A stretch of 64,000 nt of DNA from Candidatus Moraniibacteriota bacterium (GCA_903859375.1 CAIOMK010000059.1:3438-67437), one strand, 5' to 3'; numbered from the stretch's first letter, positions 10,293 through 20,502 are shown. The notes: generated from the letters alone by a model not told the origin. Numbers and translations: made by a program.

Positions 10293-10784
10293 TTAGGTTC
10301 CTTTCATAGGTATTTTCACGATACGAAGCAGGAACATGGCGAGTGCCTCAAAGGGGATAACCTCACCGAGAAACGGTATTCCCTGAAACGCTCCGGCGAG
10401 AAACAATATCAATTCCCGCATCGCGATAACTTTGATCCGCGCTTTGATAGGCAGTTTCCGTGTCGATGGATCGTAATAGACGATAGCGGCCTGGATAGCC
10501 GTAAAGCAGAATGAGATAAGCCATGAAACTCCGGGGATCCACCCGAATATGAAGGCAAGTACCCATCCCAGAGCGCCGACCATAACGCCGAGCAACAGTG
10601 TCGTGGTCGACATTTTCCCGGCGCCTGCTCCGGCGCCGACCGGTACCGATGTGGGTGTCGCGTTCCTTTTCGGAGCGCTTTCACTCAGAACATCGTCATC
10701 GTTTGACTCATCGTCATCGACCGTGTCTTGGATATGTGTCGGCATAGGACGCTTATCGGTATCAGGATTCCCCTTGTTCCTCAT
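10293..10784 (-). CDS. Small membrane protein with an acidic N-terminus and 3 TM segments. Possibly starts at the internal Met MSTTTLL.
   Basis: ORF overlaps the VirB4 stop by 23 nt. Hydrophobic segments GVMVGALGWVLAFIF and LISFCFTAIQAAIVYY. Confidence 0.45.
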   Translation of the reverse strand: MRNKGNPDTDKRPMPTHIQDTVDDDESNDDDVLSESAPKRNATPTSVPVGAGAGAGKMSTTTLLLGVMVGALGWVLAFIFGWIPGVSWLISFCFTAIQAAIVYYDPSTRKLPIKARIKVIAMRELILFLAGAFQGIPFLGEVIPFEALAMFLLRIVKIPMKGT

Positions 10785-13140
10785 CGAACTCCTTCTTCGC
10801 TGCTTCGATCTCGATCATCTGACGGGGATCGGTAGTGATGATCTGGTCCTCACTGTAAGAGGCGATGACCTTGATGGCGACATGCTTGGTCCCGACGAAA
10901 AAGATCCCTTCACCGACGCTCGACTCAAGCAGGAGAAATTTCTCATGATCGGTCAGATAAAACGTTTCGGCGATAAGGTCGATTGACGATGGGGACTGCT
11001 TCAGGAGCAACTGTATGGACGAGTTCGTGATGATAGGCTTGCCGTATCGGGAAGAGAGGAAGTCACCGATGTCCTGTGTGATGGTCGTCAGTCCCGCATA
11101 GTATTTGCGACACCGTTTGGCGATTCCAAACATGAATGCGGCGGCATCCTCGTTCTGCATCATGATCCAAGCCTCATCGACAACGATCATCCGTTTCTTG
11201 GTCTCCGCGCGGATCTCGTTCCAGATGAATTGCAGGATGATGTACATCGCGACCGGCCGGAGTTCGTTCTCGAGATCGCGGATGTTGAAGATGACCATCT
11301 GCTTGTTCATCGAGATGTTGGTCTGATGATTAAGGAATCCTCCGAACACACCTTCGGTATATCGTTCAAGGCGCGCCGCAAGCGATTCCCCTCCTTCGAG
11401 ATTCCGGAGGACGGCATGCAGGTCGGACATCGTCGGGAACGACGATGCGTCGAGAGCGCGCAGGTCCGAGAGCTCTGTGATGTCCCTGATAGCATAGGTC
11501 TCACGGATCGAACGGTCGAGCACGGAATCCTCTTCCGGTGAAACCGCACCGAGCATAAGGTGTAGCAAGCCTATCAGGTTCGCGATATGGCTCCGGAACA
11601 CGCCCTCGTCATCGTCCGTCGTACCGATTTTCGGCAGATCGAACGGATTCAGGTGTGACTCGGACGAAAGAGAGATACCCAAGAACGACCCGCCGACAGT
11701 ATCACACAGATGTTGGTATTCGTTCTCCGGGTCGATGATGATCACAGACGTTCCGAACATCATTGCGCGCAACACCTCGAGCTTGATCGTATAGCTTTTT
11801 CCGGCACCGGACTTGGCAAAGACGACCATGTTCGCATTCTCCATCTTGAACCGGTCGAACAAGACGAGCGAATTATTGTGACGGTTGATGCCGTAGAGCA
11901 CGCCTTCATTCGACGACAGGTCAGATGAGACGAACGGGAACGTCGTCGAAAGCGGTGACGTATTGAGATTGTTTGCGATATCAAGCGTGTCCATGCCGAG
12001 CGGACGGGTCGAAATGAATCCCTGATCCATCCGAAGAATGGCCGGTTTAGAAAACACCATCTGTGCCTCAAGAATGGCCTCTATCCCCTGCGAGATATCC
12101 GAAAGAGTCTTCTCATCCTGAGCATAGACGGTTATATAGATTCCGAATCGGAAAAATTTCTCCGTCCCCTGCTGGAGACTGTCACGAAGTTCCTCGATAT
12201 TCTCGAGTGCGGATTCAAGGACGGGATCGCGTATTTTTCCGTCCTGGGACTCGATGGACATCTGCGACTGCACCTGTGTTGCGGACCGCCTCAGGTCCTT
12301 CATGATTTCCCGTGTGTCTATCGGATGTATGGAAAACGATATGTCCATCGGCGCATCCATGTTTATGATGGGCGAGAACCAGTTCGTTCCGAGATATTTC
12401 GGGTACGCGACGATAAACAATGTTTTTGCGAGCACATCACCCACTTGCATGGATGTAGGCGACAATCTGATCGCCGACGGCGCTATCAGGTCTCTCAATG
12501 TCGCCACGCCCTGGGAGTACAGGTCCCGGTTCGTCGCATCGGCGGTCTTCGCGGGATGTGGCAGACTTGGAAGTCCGAAGTGTCCAGACGACGCCTTGCG
12601 GGCTACGGGAGACACCTCCTTTGGAACGACGAATGCCGCGTTCGAAGCCGGCTTGATCGGCAAGACGGGATCTGTCAAAAGGGCATCTTGTTCAGGCCTC
12701 CACGCTGCTCGCGGTTGGGGAGCCGGCTCTACGGGAGCGACAGGCGCAGTTACTTGAGCCTCTGTATCGATTCCCCACGCCCCATAAACAGGAGCCTTAT
12801 TGACACTCCGCTCCGGAGCATGAAAAGGAAAGGGGGGGTTGCTCTCGACTGGGTGGACTTGTCCTTCACTACCTTGGTACATTCCTTCTTGCGGTACCTC
12901 CGGGAGGAAAAAAGGGTCGACCGGACGGGTCGGCTCGGAGTCACCGACAGTCGGAATATCAGAATACGGTGAAGTATCGGTTTGTGATTGGGACGGGAGT
13001 TGCGTTGACGGTTGGACAGACGGTGCGACCGGACTGCCGGAAGAATCCGCATTCATTCGTGATTGAGGCGTCAGTTTCCACGGATTGGATGAGGAGGTGA
13101 GATTCAGCCCGTCATCTTCGAAAACGATACTTTGTTTCAT
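10762..13140 (-). CDS. VirB4/TcpF/PrgJ-family type IV secretion ATPase with a ~230-aa Pro/Ser-rich disordered N-terminal extension
   Basis: Walker A FAKSGAGKSYT, IIIDPENEY (VirB4 D-P-E-x-E-Y), and Walker B MIVVDEAW. C-terminal TQ region. Confidence 0.8.
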   Translation of the reverse strand: MKQSIVFEDDGLNLTSSSNPWKLTPQSRMNADSSGSPVAPSVQPSTQLPSQSQTDTSPYSDIPTVGDSEPTRPVDPFFLPEVPQEGMYQGSEGQVHPVESNPPFPFHAPERSVNKAPVYGAWGIDTEAQVTAPVAPVEPAPQPRAAWRPEQDALLTDPVLPIKPASNAAFVVPKEVSPVARKASSGHFGLPSLPHPAKTADATNRDLYSQGVATLRDLIAPSAIRLSPTSMQVGDVLAKTLFIVAYPKYLGTNWFSPIINMDAPMDISFSIHPIDTREIMKDLRRSATQVQSQMSIESQDGKIRDPVLESALENIEELRDSLQQGTEKFFRFGIYITVYAQDEKTLSDISQGIEAILEAQMVFSKPAILRMDQGFISTRPLGMDTLDIANNLNTSPLSTTFPFVSSDLSSNEGVLYGINRHNNSLVLFDRFKMENANMVVFAKSGAGKSYTIKLEVLRAMMFGTSVIIIDPENEYQHLCDTVGGSFLGISLSSESHLNPFDLPKIGTTDDDEGVFRSHIANLIGLLHLMLGAVSPEEDSVLDRSIRETYAIRDITELSDLRALDASSFPTMSDLHAVLRNLEGGESLAARLERYTEGVFGGFLNHQTNISMNKQMVIFNIRDLENELRPVAMYIILQFIWNEIRAETKKRMIVVDEAWIMMQNEDAAAFMFGIAKRCRKYYAGLTTITQDIGDFLSSRYGKPIITNSSIQLLLKQSPSSIDLIAETFYLTDHEKFLLLESSVGEGIFFVGTKHVAIKVIASYSEDQIITTDPRQMIEIEAAKKEFDEEQGES

Positions 13141-13144
13141 AGGG

Positions 13145-13438
13145 TCAACGTTTGGAAAGTTCGAGCTGGTCGACGTTCTTGATGATGGTCGTAGCGAAGA
13201 CTGATGGGTTATAGGTGTTATAGAGCAGCTCGATAGTTTCTTCCGTCCCGAGCATCTTCGTCAGCACGCCGGTTCCGGAGAGTGCCGACGCGACCTGATC
13301 GGCACGCTGTAACAGCTGGTTCCGATAGGTTTCAAATGTCTCACTATGAGAAACCGACCCGGAACTCGGCTGAAAAATACCGGACAGTTTCCCGAGAAGT
13401 CCGCCGGACTCCGTTTCCGACGGTGCGAACGGAACCAC
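13145..13438 (-). CDS. Hypothetical 97-aa protein immediately upstream of the VirB4-like gene
   Basis: Complete ORF in operon context. No TM and no known motif. Confidence 0.4.
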   Translation of the reverse strand: MVPFAPSETESGGLLGKLSGIFQPSSGSVSHSETFETYRNQLLQRADQVASALSGTGVLTKMLGTEETIELLYNTYNPSVFATTIIKNVDQLELSKR

Positions 13439-13453
13439 GACATAAAAGAATTT

Positions 13454-13831
13454 CTACATGATATTCGAGACATCGGTCAGATTCCGAACGAAATTCCGAT
13501 ACTCGGAAATTTGAAACCGGAGCAGTTCGTTCTCCTGATGCTTCTCCTCTTCGACAAGCTTCTCAAGATACGGCTCGACTCGGAAACGACGGGAGTGGAC
13601 GATAATCTGCAACGGAAAATCGAGCGAATTCAGGAATCCCTGATATTGACTGATGATCGCATCCTGCTCATCGCTCGATTTCAGGTCGAAGTTAATCGAG
13701 GAAACAAGCAGTATACAACGAATCGAACCGTTTTTGAGCACGATAATACCGTCGCGGACATCTTCGACGTCCACGTACTTCTGCGTACTCGACGCATCCG
13801 ATTCATGTTTTTTTGGGGTAAGAAATTCCAT
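13454..13831 (-). CDS. Hypothetical 126-aa protein. Start taken at the internal Met (13831); the upstream part of the ORF is repeat-derived.
   Basis: The ORF-track N-terminus MKVTSRKRGRERGRK lies in the tandem-repeat array. MEFLTPKK is the first Met outside the repeats. Confidence 0.4.
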   Translation of the reverse strand: MEFLTPKKHESDASSTQKYVDVEDVRDGIIVLKNGSIRCILLVSSINFDLKSSDEQDAIISQYQGFLNSLDFPLQIIVHSRRFRVEPYLEKLVEEEKHQENELLRFQISEYRNFVRNLTDVSNIM

Positions 13832-13849
13832 AGGATCGATTCGTTTTCG

Positions 13850-14465
13850 TTTTTCTCTTTCTGTTCCTTTCCGTCCCCGCTCCCGTCCCCGCTTTCGACT
13901 TGTAACTTTCAACTTGTAACTTTCGACTATTCTTCCCCGTCCCCGTCCCCGCTTTCGACTACTCTCCCCCCGTCCCCGTCCCCGCTTTCAACTTGTAACT
14001 TTCGACTATTCTTCCCCTTCCCCACTTTCGACTTGTAACTTTCGACTTATGACTACTCTCCGACTTGTGACTATTCTCCGCTTTTCGACTTTTCACTTTT
14101 CACTTTCGACTACTCTCCCCCCGTTCCCGTTCCCGTCCCCACTTTCGACTTGTAACTTGTGACTACTCTCCTCCCGTTCCCGTCCCCGCTTTCGACTATT
14201 CTTCCCCGTTCCCGCTTTCGACTTGTGACTTGTGACTTGTGACTTGTGACTGTTCTCCGACTTGTGACTACTCTCCTCCCGTTCCCGTTCCCGTCCCCAC
14301 TTTCGACTATTCTTCCCCGCCCCCGCTTTCGACTTTCGACTATTCTTCCCCGTTCCCACTTTCGACTTGTAACTTTCGACTTATGACTACTCTCCGACTT
14401 ATGACTACTCTCCGACTTATGACTACTCTCCCCCCGTTCCCGTTCCCGCTTTTCATTTCCTATCT
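13850..14465. repeat. Complex ~600-bp microsatellite-like array built from CCCGT(C/T)CCCG, CTTTCGACT, TGTAACTTTCGACT, TGTGACT and ATGACTACTCTCCGACTT (3x) motifs
   Basis: Direct reading of 13861-14460. Intergenic within the T4SS-like operon. Overlapping minus ORFs 14093..14359 and 14110..14778 are repeat artefacts. Confidence 0.8.
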
Positions 14466-14936
14466 CGTATCCATAAGCTTCGCGACCCTTCGTATGTCCT
14501 CGGCACTGACCGTTTTCAAATGAACCGGTTCGTTTCCCGATTTCGCTTTCATCGGCTGATATCCCGGCAAAGAAGATGGCCTTCTCCACATGAGCACTTT
14601 CGGATGCAACATGAAGAAGAAAGCGTGAACCACGTAACTGAGAAGAGGCTGTCCCGCAGGTCGATAAAATGCCAGCAGAACGAACAATACCACGATCGGC
14701 ACAGCGACGACGAAAGTCACCGTACCGGGAAAAATCGCCGCAACCGACAAGACAGTCGCGAACATGCCGATCATCCAAAACAGTTGCTTGACTGTCAGTG
14801 GACCGGCAACCTTGTCCTCGACATCTATGAACTGCGGTACATTGAACATCATAACATGGAATTGAATAGTGAACCTACCGTTGAAAACCGACGGAATACG
14901 CATGGATAGCCGTTCAATTCCCGCACAGGTCATCAA
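14460..14936 (-). CDS. PrgI/VirB3-like small membrane protein (2 TM) of Gram-positive-type T4SS. Start uncertain.
   Basis: Motif KVAGPLTVKQLFWMIGMF followed by two TM helices resembles the PrgI family. Positioned in the T4SS operon. Confidence 0.45.
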   Translation of the reverse strand: MMTCAGIERLSMRIPSVFNGRFTIQFHVMMFNVPQFIDVEDKVAGPLTVKQLFWMIGMFATVLSVAAIFPGTVTFVVAVPIVVLFVLLAFYRPAGQPLLSYVVHAFFFMLHPKVLMWRRPSSLPGYQPMKAKSGNEPVHLKTVSAEDIRRVAKLMDTR

Positions 14937-14955
14937 CCGGCACTCTCGGCCAAGA

Positions 14956-16719
14956 TCATCTGTTCAAAATATTGTCGACATCTTCTTCGAGGCTGGTTGA
15001 TTTAGTTTGGAAACTTACAGGGTGAATACTGAACGGATTTACTCTGACAGCCGGCGTGGTGGTAGCGGGCTTCACAGTCTCCTGAACCAGCACGGGCTGG
15101 AAGGATGGGATCGACGGCACGAGCGGGGCTGGTGTCCCTGAAACATCGGCAATGACGGTCGGCACGGTTTTCGCGACGGGAGGAACCGAAACAGCCGGCG
15201 TGGCGGGCGCGACAGATGCAGGAGTATGAGCTTCGGGCTGTTTTCGACTGACACCGAACGCACTCAATCCGGATGGAAGGGACACAACTTCGTCTTTATG
15301 GATGGAAAAATCTCCCTGACCGTGAGTTTCAAATGGAAGGGAATGGCTTGAGGAAATAGTTATACTACCACCGGCCGACTGTATCGGCGTATCTGCGATT
15401 TCATCATGCCCGGCGGAAGAAAATGTTTCATTTTTTCCGTAAACAGATGGCGCCACATCGGGAGATTCTGCCTTTTGTGCCTTCTCGACAGTACGGGAAG
15501 AGAAACTTATCGAAGCGGTATTATCGATTCCTTTCACTGCACTTCCTTCGACACGAAGACTTTCGACTGGGAGGTTCGAAGGCGGTACGGGTTTGAACGA
15601 TACAGGTTGTCGGAGCGGCGCCTGCGGAGGTACTGCCGGCGTGACCGGAGCCGGTGATTGTGGCCATGCCGGAGCGGATACCGGAGCCGGTGCCGGTGCC
15701 GGTGTCGGTGTCGGTGTCGGAGCTGGTGCGGACGATATCGGCGTTGCAACTGAAACGGGCTTCACTGAGACCGGAGCAACAAACGGCCTGGCAGCGACAG
15801 CTTTCACAGAAGCAGGATTGGACACGTTGGGTGTCGGTGCCGGAGAGGTGACCGATCTCTCATAAAATCCGGTGGCAGGAAGAGGCGCGGTTTGAAACGG
15901 AGCCGTCACCGACACTGGTCGGGCCGAAACGGCATTCGGCGAAACGGGAACAGGCTTCGCTGCGGTCGGCGCGAATGTGGGGAAAACGATTTCGTATTTT
16001 TGTGCGTCGATATCAAGCGCGAAATTCTCCTCGATCGAACGGAGGATGAGATTGACCCGCTCACGTTCTTCCGAAGAAAGACGCTTACCGTTCTCGGAAT
16101 CGAACAGGAACTTGCCACGAATCATCGGCTCATGATAGCCGACACCGAGCTCGTCACGATATACCCGCATCCAGTTCATGAGACTCGGTCGGACAGACTC
16201 GGGCTGATTCCTTACGCGGATACGCTCCTTCGTGATCTGCTGTTCCCCAAGCCTCGGATACTTCCCCAGTGCCTGCACAATCGCAAGATGTTCCAGATTT
16301 GCATCGGTAGGATCGACATCGGCTTTCGGTCGCACAGAAAGTATTTTTCGCTGAAAGTCCCCTATCATGCCTTGTACGACTCCGGCCTCACGACCTTTTT
16401 GTGAAAAGAATTGGTAAATATTGTTTCCACATTCCTGAATGGACCATTCATGAAAATAGAATTTTCTGACAGCCTGACTTATGAAGGCGATTTCCCCATC
16501 ACCAAGATGTTGATTCTGTCCGAATGTGTAAATCGCCTCCGGAAGCTCTCTCGCGGTAAGGATATCCCGAATGTCAGTAGAAAGCGAATCATATTTCGCC
16601 CATAAAATACTATCTTCTTCCAAAGTAGTCTTATATTTCCCGTCGCCTTCGGTTATCGAAGCAAACATCGGGAAATAGCACCACTTCTTTTCATATTCTT
16701 TTTTATTTGTTCCATCCAT
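14956..16719 (-). CDS. Hypothetical 587-aa protein: folded ~240-aa N-terminal domain plus ~340-aa Pro/Ala/Val/Ser-rich disordered tail
   Basis: Complete ORF with repetitive PAPTPTPTPAPAPAPVSAP-type sequence. No catalytic motif. Confidence 0.6.
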   Translation of the reverse strand: MDGTNKKEYEKKWCYFPMFASITEGDGKYKTTLEEDSILWAKYDSLSTDIRDILTARELPEAIYTFGQNQHLGDGEIAFISQAVRKFYFHEWSIQECGNNIYQFFSQKGREAGVVQGMIGDFQRKILSVRPKADVDPTDANLEHLAIVQALGKYPRLGEQQITKERIRVRNQPESVRPSLMNWMRVYRDELGVGYHEPMIRGKFLFDSENGKRLSSEERERVNLILRSIEENFALDIDAQKYEIVFPTFAPTAAKPVPVSPNAVSARPVSVTAPFQTAPLPATGFYERSVTSPAPTPNVSNPASVKAVAARPFVAPVSVKPVSVATPISSAPAPTPTPTPAPAPAPVSAPAWPQSPAPVTPAVPPQAPLRQPVSFKPVPPSNLPVESLRVEGSAVKGIDNTASISFSSRTVEKAQKAESPDVAPSVYGKNETFSSAGHDEIADTPIQSAGGSITISSSHSLPFETHGQGDFSIHKDEVVSLPSGLSAFGVSRKQPEAHTPASVAPATPAVSVPPVAKTVPTVIADVSGTPAPLVPSIPSFQPVLVQETVKPATTTPAVRVNPFSIHPVSFQTKSTSLEEDVDNILNR

Positions 16720-16771
16720 AGGAAAATATTACCAATCTATTTGACGACGACTCAGTCTAATCCCTGAATTT

Positions 16772-19129
16772 CTATGGGACCAGGCCTTCTACTTTCCACG
16801 AATTCTTCTGATTTCCATCCAAGTGTTTATACGCTTCCTGCATATCTTGAATCGTCCAGACTCCGGCAGTATATTTGTCCTCAACAAATGTCTTCAAATG
16901 TGTGTTCATGCTTCCAGGTGTCCCATCTCCATGCATATCCTTCAGTTTGCCGATATCACCAGCTGTCATCTTTGCAAAATGATCGGTATACACTTGAGCA
17001 TCAGATGTCCCAGGGGGAGCAATGGAGATTTCATGCTGAATAATCGGTTCGATTCGGCCTTCCTTTCTCAGCCTGCCGTCAAATTTCTTCTTCAGCTCCG
17101 GATTGGCGGTAAAAGCGGGATTGTTCACCAGAGACTGATACTGGGCAAGATTCATCTTCATCGCATCGCCATCGACCTTGTCGAGAAGTGTAGCAATCGA
17201 TTTGAAATCATCCCCAAGATGCCCGATGGAGGCGATCATCCCTGCCGCATCTTGCATGACCTTCTTATCGACCTTACGGACGATATCAGCTTTCCCTTCA
17301 GGGCTCGCTACGGCATTGATAGCATTATCAAGATCGGACTGGTTCCGGATAGCATCCTTTTTGACAAGCATTCTGGCGGCGGCTTCCCTTTCTGCGACCG
17401 TCGCCTTCAAGTTACTGGGGTCGATATACTCGCGAAGCTTCGCATCATCATGCTTCTTTTCCTCAAATTGCTTTTCTGCATCCGTGACATTCCGTTTGTG
17501 AATCTCTGCGGATGCCGACTGAGTTCCCTTCGCCCATCCTTTTTCTGCGACGCTCTTTGCCTGCAATTCACGATCTTTCGCTGTTTCTTCCCTCTTTCCA
17601 ATCTTTTTAAGTTGATTTGCCCCCCATTCTCCACCCACATTCTTTCCGAACAACTGCCCTGTCTTGGTAACATTCTTCACACCCGCGACCGTACCTCTTG
17701 CAGTGGTCCTTGTAAAACTATTTTTGCCACTCTGACCGACCGTCCCAACAAACAAAGCACCTTTTCCGGCTTTTTTCGCCATCGACTTTGAGAATTTCTT
17801 CGCCGCACCGGCGACGGCCGACGCACCGGCGATGCCGGACGAACCCATGACCGAAATCGACATCCAGATAAAGATGACCGGCAACATGGTCGTGACTGCG
17901 GACGCGACATTTATCCCCCCTATATTCTTGGCTATATTGTCCAACTGCGTCCTGGCCGAGGAGCTGTTGAACTCACTCATCACCTTTACCGAAACCAGGA
18001 GCATCAACGCAGAAGTCGGTCCGAAAATGATATATTTCAGAAAATTATCCCACCACTGGCCGGAAAATTTCTGAAGTCCCGGAATAGCCGTCCCCACAAA
18101 TCCTATCGGTGAAAAGATAATCAGCGCCAAGAGAACGAGAATACGGATGAACAAGAGCGCACCGAGCGCGATAAGCGAGAACCCGAAGATAAAAATGAAA
18201 ACGATCGCGATCAGCATGTCTTTGATCTGATCGACTGATCCGTGTTGCACGAATGTGGACTTGTCCGCGTCTGTCAATATGTTGTTGACGATACCCGAAG
18301 TCTTGAATGCGGTCGAGGATATCGCATCGCCGGCACTTTTCGTCTTGTCCGCGGAAAGACTGTTCAGGAAGAAATACATCGGCACATTACCCGCATCGAT
18401 AAGGAATCGAGCTATAGGGAAACTGAAGTTGGTGAGGAGCGCCATCAGAATGAGGTTCCAGAGGAGTTTTTTGTAGTTGTAGGCCTGCACTTGGAATATC
18501 GTCGCAAACGCGATGAAGAGTATCGTCAGTATGAAGAATAGGTTGAAGAAATCCCGTACCATCCGCCACAGGGTGTATACCGCACTCAGATTGAACAGGC
18601 CGGTCACGGCGATCGGGTTCAGTACGAACGAAAGGAGGACTACACCTAAGGTGATAATAAAACTGACCAGACCGAGTACGGCATGTATCAACTTTGCGAG
18701 GGCCCACAGAAACGTTTCCCCAGGCCCTGAGCCTGATTGCTCGTATTTATTCGTTAGGCCAGCTTCCTCCCTCGCGGTTTTATCGTTCGTGAACTCCCCC
18801 CACCTCGCGATCTGAGCGGGTACGTTTCCTGAGCAAAACGTTACGCACGCTGCCAAGTCAGTCGTCGTTTGCGATGATAGCTCATGGAGGCGTGTCGTAT
18901 CAGTCGAGGCATAACATTGACACGTCCCTGCCGCGGATACAGGCGTCGGTGATGCGCTGATAAAAAAGAAAATACTTGCGACGAAAAACGCCGAAAGCAG
19001 GGCAGGGGAAAGACGGAAAAAAATGTTTCTCTTTTGTTTCACACTCAGAACGTCCCCAAAGGGGCGAAAATCCGTACAAAGAATCAACCGACAGAATCCA
19101 GACATATCATCACTGAAAGAATACCACAA
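16772..19129 (-). CDS. VirB6/TcpH-like polytopic membrane protein of the T4SS-like system. Probable true start is the GTG at 19042, which would give a signal peptide.
   Basis: More than 8 TM segments in the central region and a long soluble C-terminal domain. GTG at 19042..19040 is preceded by GGGGA and yields MKQKRNIFFRLSPALLSAFFVASIFFFISASPTPVSAAG. Confidence 0.65.
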   Translation of the reverse strand: MWYSFSDDMSGFCRLILCTDFRPFGDVLSVKQKRNIFFRLSPALLSAFFVASIFFFISASPTPVSAAGTCQCYASTDTTRLHELSSQTTTDLAACVTFCSGNVPAQIARWGEFTNDKTAREEAGLTNKYEQSGSGPGETFLWALAKLIHAVLGLVSFIITLGVVLLSFVLNPIAVTGLFNLSAVYTLWRMVRDFFNLFFILTILFIAFATIFQVQAYNYKKLLWNLILMALLTNFSFPIARFLIDAGNVPMYFFLNSLSADKTKSAGDAISSTAFKTSGIVNNILTDADKSTFVQHGSVDQIKDMLIAIVFIFIFGFSLIALGALLFIRILVLLALIIFSPIGFVGTAIPGLQKFSGQWWDNFLKYIIFGPTSALMLLVSVKVMSEFNSSSARTQLDNIAKNIGGINVASAVTTMLPVIFIWMSISVMGSSGIAGASAVAGAAKKFSKSMAKKAGKGALFVGTVGQSGKNSFTRTTARGTVAGVKNVTKTGQLFGKNVGGEWGANQLKKIGKREETAKDRELQAKSVAEKGWAKGTQSASAEIHKRNVTDAEKQFEEKKHDDAKLREYIDPSNLKATVAEREAAARMLVKKDAIRNQSDLDNAINAVASPEGKADIVRKVDKKVMQDAAGMIASIGHLGDDFKSIATLLDKVDGDAMKMNLAQYQSLVNNPAFTANPELKKKFDGRLRKEGRIEPIIQHEISIAPPGTSDAQVYTDHFAKMTAGDIGKLKDMHGDGTPGSMNTHLKTFVEDKYTAGVWTIQDMQEAYKHLDGNQKNSWKVEGLVP

Positions 19130-19263
19130 AATACGATATAAAAAAACTCCAAAACATCAAACGTTTCGGAGTTCATTCATACCATAACTCTCACGGTTAC
19201 ATTTCGTATTTTTCTCTTCCGTCTCAGTCTCATATTTTACACTTTTCTCTTTGCACTTTTCGC

Positions 19264-20502
19264 TTAATAGATATATCCCTTGATCGCACGACTGGCGATA
19301 GGAAGGACGCGGCGGTTAACCTTTCCCCAACCCTTGTAGTTCATCTCCGAGATGGTGATCGAGTCCCCGGAGACGCTTTCGACGATTGCGACATGCCCGT
19401 AGTATCGGTTCTCAGTCGTCACGATGATAGCTCCGCGAGACGGAACCCTTCCGGTCCGATATCCCATCGAACGTGCGTTAAATATCCATGTTCCAGCATT
19501 CCCACTCCACGGGACATAGCGTTTCTGAGCCACATACCACGTACAATATCCGTATGGGAACCGGTGTCCGTCCCCGGCCTTGCCATCAAGCGTCCTCCCA
19601 CCGCCCGACACGTCCGTCACCTCGCCGGCGGACGTGGCCGACGCATACTGCCTCCTCGCTATGCCTATCGTATCAACCGGTCTCGGTATCTCCTTGAGCC
19701 CGCCAGGGATCATGATGGAGTCACCGACAATCAGGTCACCGTTCGCAGGCAAGCTGTTGTATGACAATATTTTCTCACGGTCAGCCTTGTACTTCCCCGC
19801 AATGGAGTCGATAGTATCTCCGGACGTGACCGTATATGACAGTCCGGCAATCGGCAGGATGAAAATCTGGTCTCCGGGTTTTATGGAATCCACGTTGTCG
19901 AGGTTGTTCGCCCAGAGGATGGTATTCACGGTGATACCTTGATTCGCCGCAATCCCCGACACTGTATCACCTTCGGCCACGGTATAGATGCTCACGCCAC
20001 CTCCTTCTTCCGGATCTTTGGCAATGGAGTTGTCCGCATGAGCGGAAAGAAGCGCGCCTCCTTGGAATGCGATATTGTCCGCCTCGGCCGTATCTTTTGA
20101 GAGATCGACTGCGGTCGTCGCGGTCGAAAGATGGACAAGTGCAAGGCCTGCTTCCGCCTGACCCTTCAACGCGAACCGGTCACGGTATGTCGTCGGTACA
20201 GGCGTTCCGGTATCACGAAAATAACCGAATATAGCGCTCATTCCCTGCTCATGGGAGACATTCGTCAATGAAACGAGTAAAGCACTGGAGACAACCAGGG
20301 AAAACGCGCCGTACGTCCGGAATGATTCCAGCAATCGTCCGCCGAAACCACCCTTCAGTGTGTCGAGGACGAGACGTTGGGCGTGATGCGCCTCCATTTC
20401 AAAAACGGAGAAGCCTTCCCCGATTCGTTCCCACAGTCGGGAAAGTCCATTCTTGATACGTGACAAAACGGAGATAGGGATGGTCCCTTTCCTCAGGAAC
20501 AA
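19264..20502 (-). CDS. Membrane-anchored peptidoglycan hydrolase with two LysM domains and a C-terminal CHAP domain (TcpG/PrgK-like)
   Basis: LysM repeats YTVAEGDTVSGIAANQGITVNTILWANNL and YTVTSGDTIDSIAGKYKADREKILSYNSL. CHAP Cys motif GYCTWYV and His motif GHVAIVE. Confidence 0.85.
   Translation of the reverse strand: MFLRKGTIPISVLSRIKNGLSRLWERIGEGFSVFEMEAHHAQRLVLDTLKGGFGGRLLESFRTYGAFSLVVSSALLVSLTNVSHEQGMSAIFGYFRDTGTPVPTTYRDRFALKGQAEAGLALVHLSTATTAVDLSKDTAEADNIAFQGGALLSAHADNSIAKDPEEGGGVSIYTVAEGDTVSGIAANQGITVNTILWANNLDNVDSIKPGDQIFILPIAGLSYTVTSGDTIDSIAGKYKADREKILSYNSLPANGDLIVGDSIMIPGGLKEIPRPVDTIGIARRQYASATSAGEVTDVSGGGRTLDGKAGDGHRFPYGYCTWYVAQKRYVPWSGNAGTWIFNARSMGYRTGRVPSRGAIIVTTENRYYGHVAIVESVSGDSITISEMNYKGWGKVNRRVLPIASRAIKGYIY

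Noticed and set aside
13860-14460. Possible CRISPR array in the repeat-rich 13.9-14.5 kb region and at the 6.07-6.25 kb repeats
   Set aside because: The repeats are contiguous or microsatellite-like with no unique spacers of regular length, and there are no cas genes in the window.
14093-14778. Minus-strand ORFs 14093..14359 and 14110..14778 (SHKSE/GRIVESG repeats)
   Set aside because: They are translations of the microsatellite array. They are frame-ambiguous and low complexity, and they overlap the PrgI-like gene in another frame.
16823-17791. Plus-strand 322-aa ORF antisense to the VirB6-like gene
   Set aside because: It is entirely antisense within a strongly supported membrane-protein CDS. 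Cys/Arg-rich, unstructured translation.
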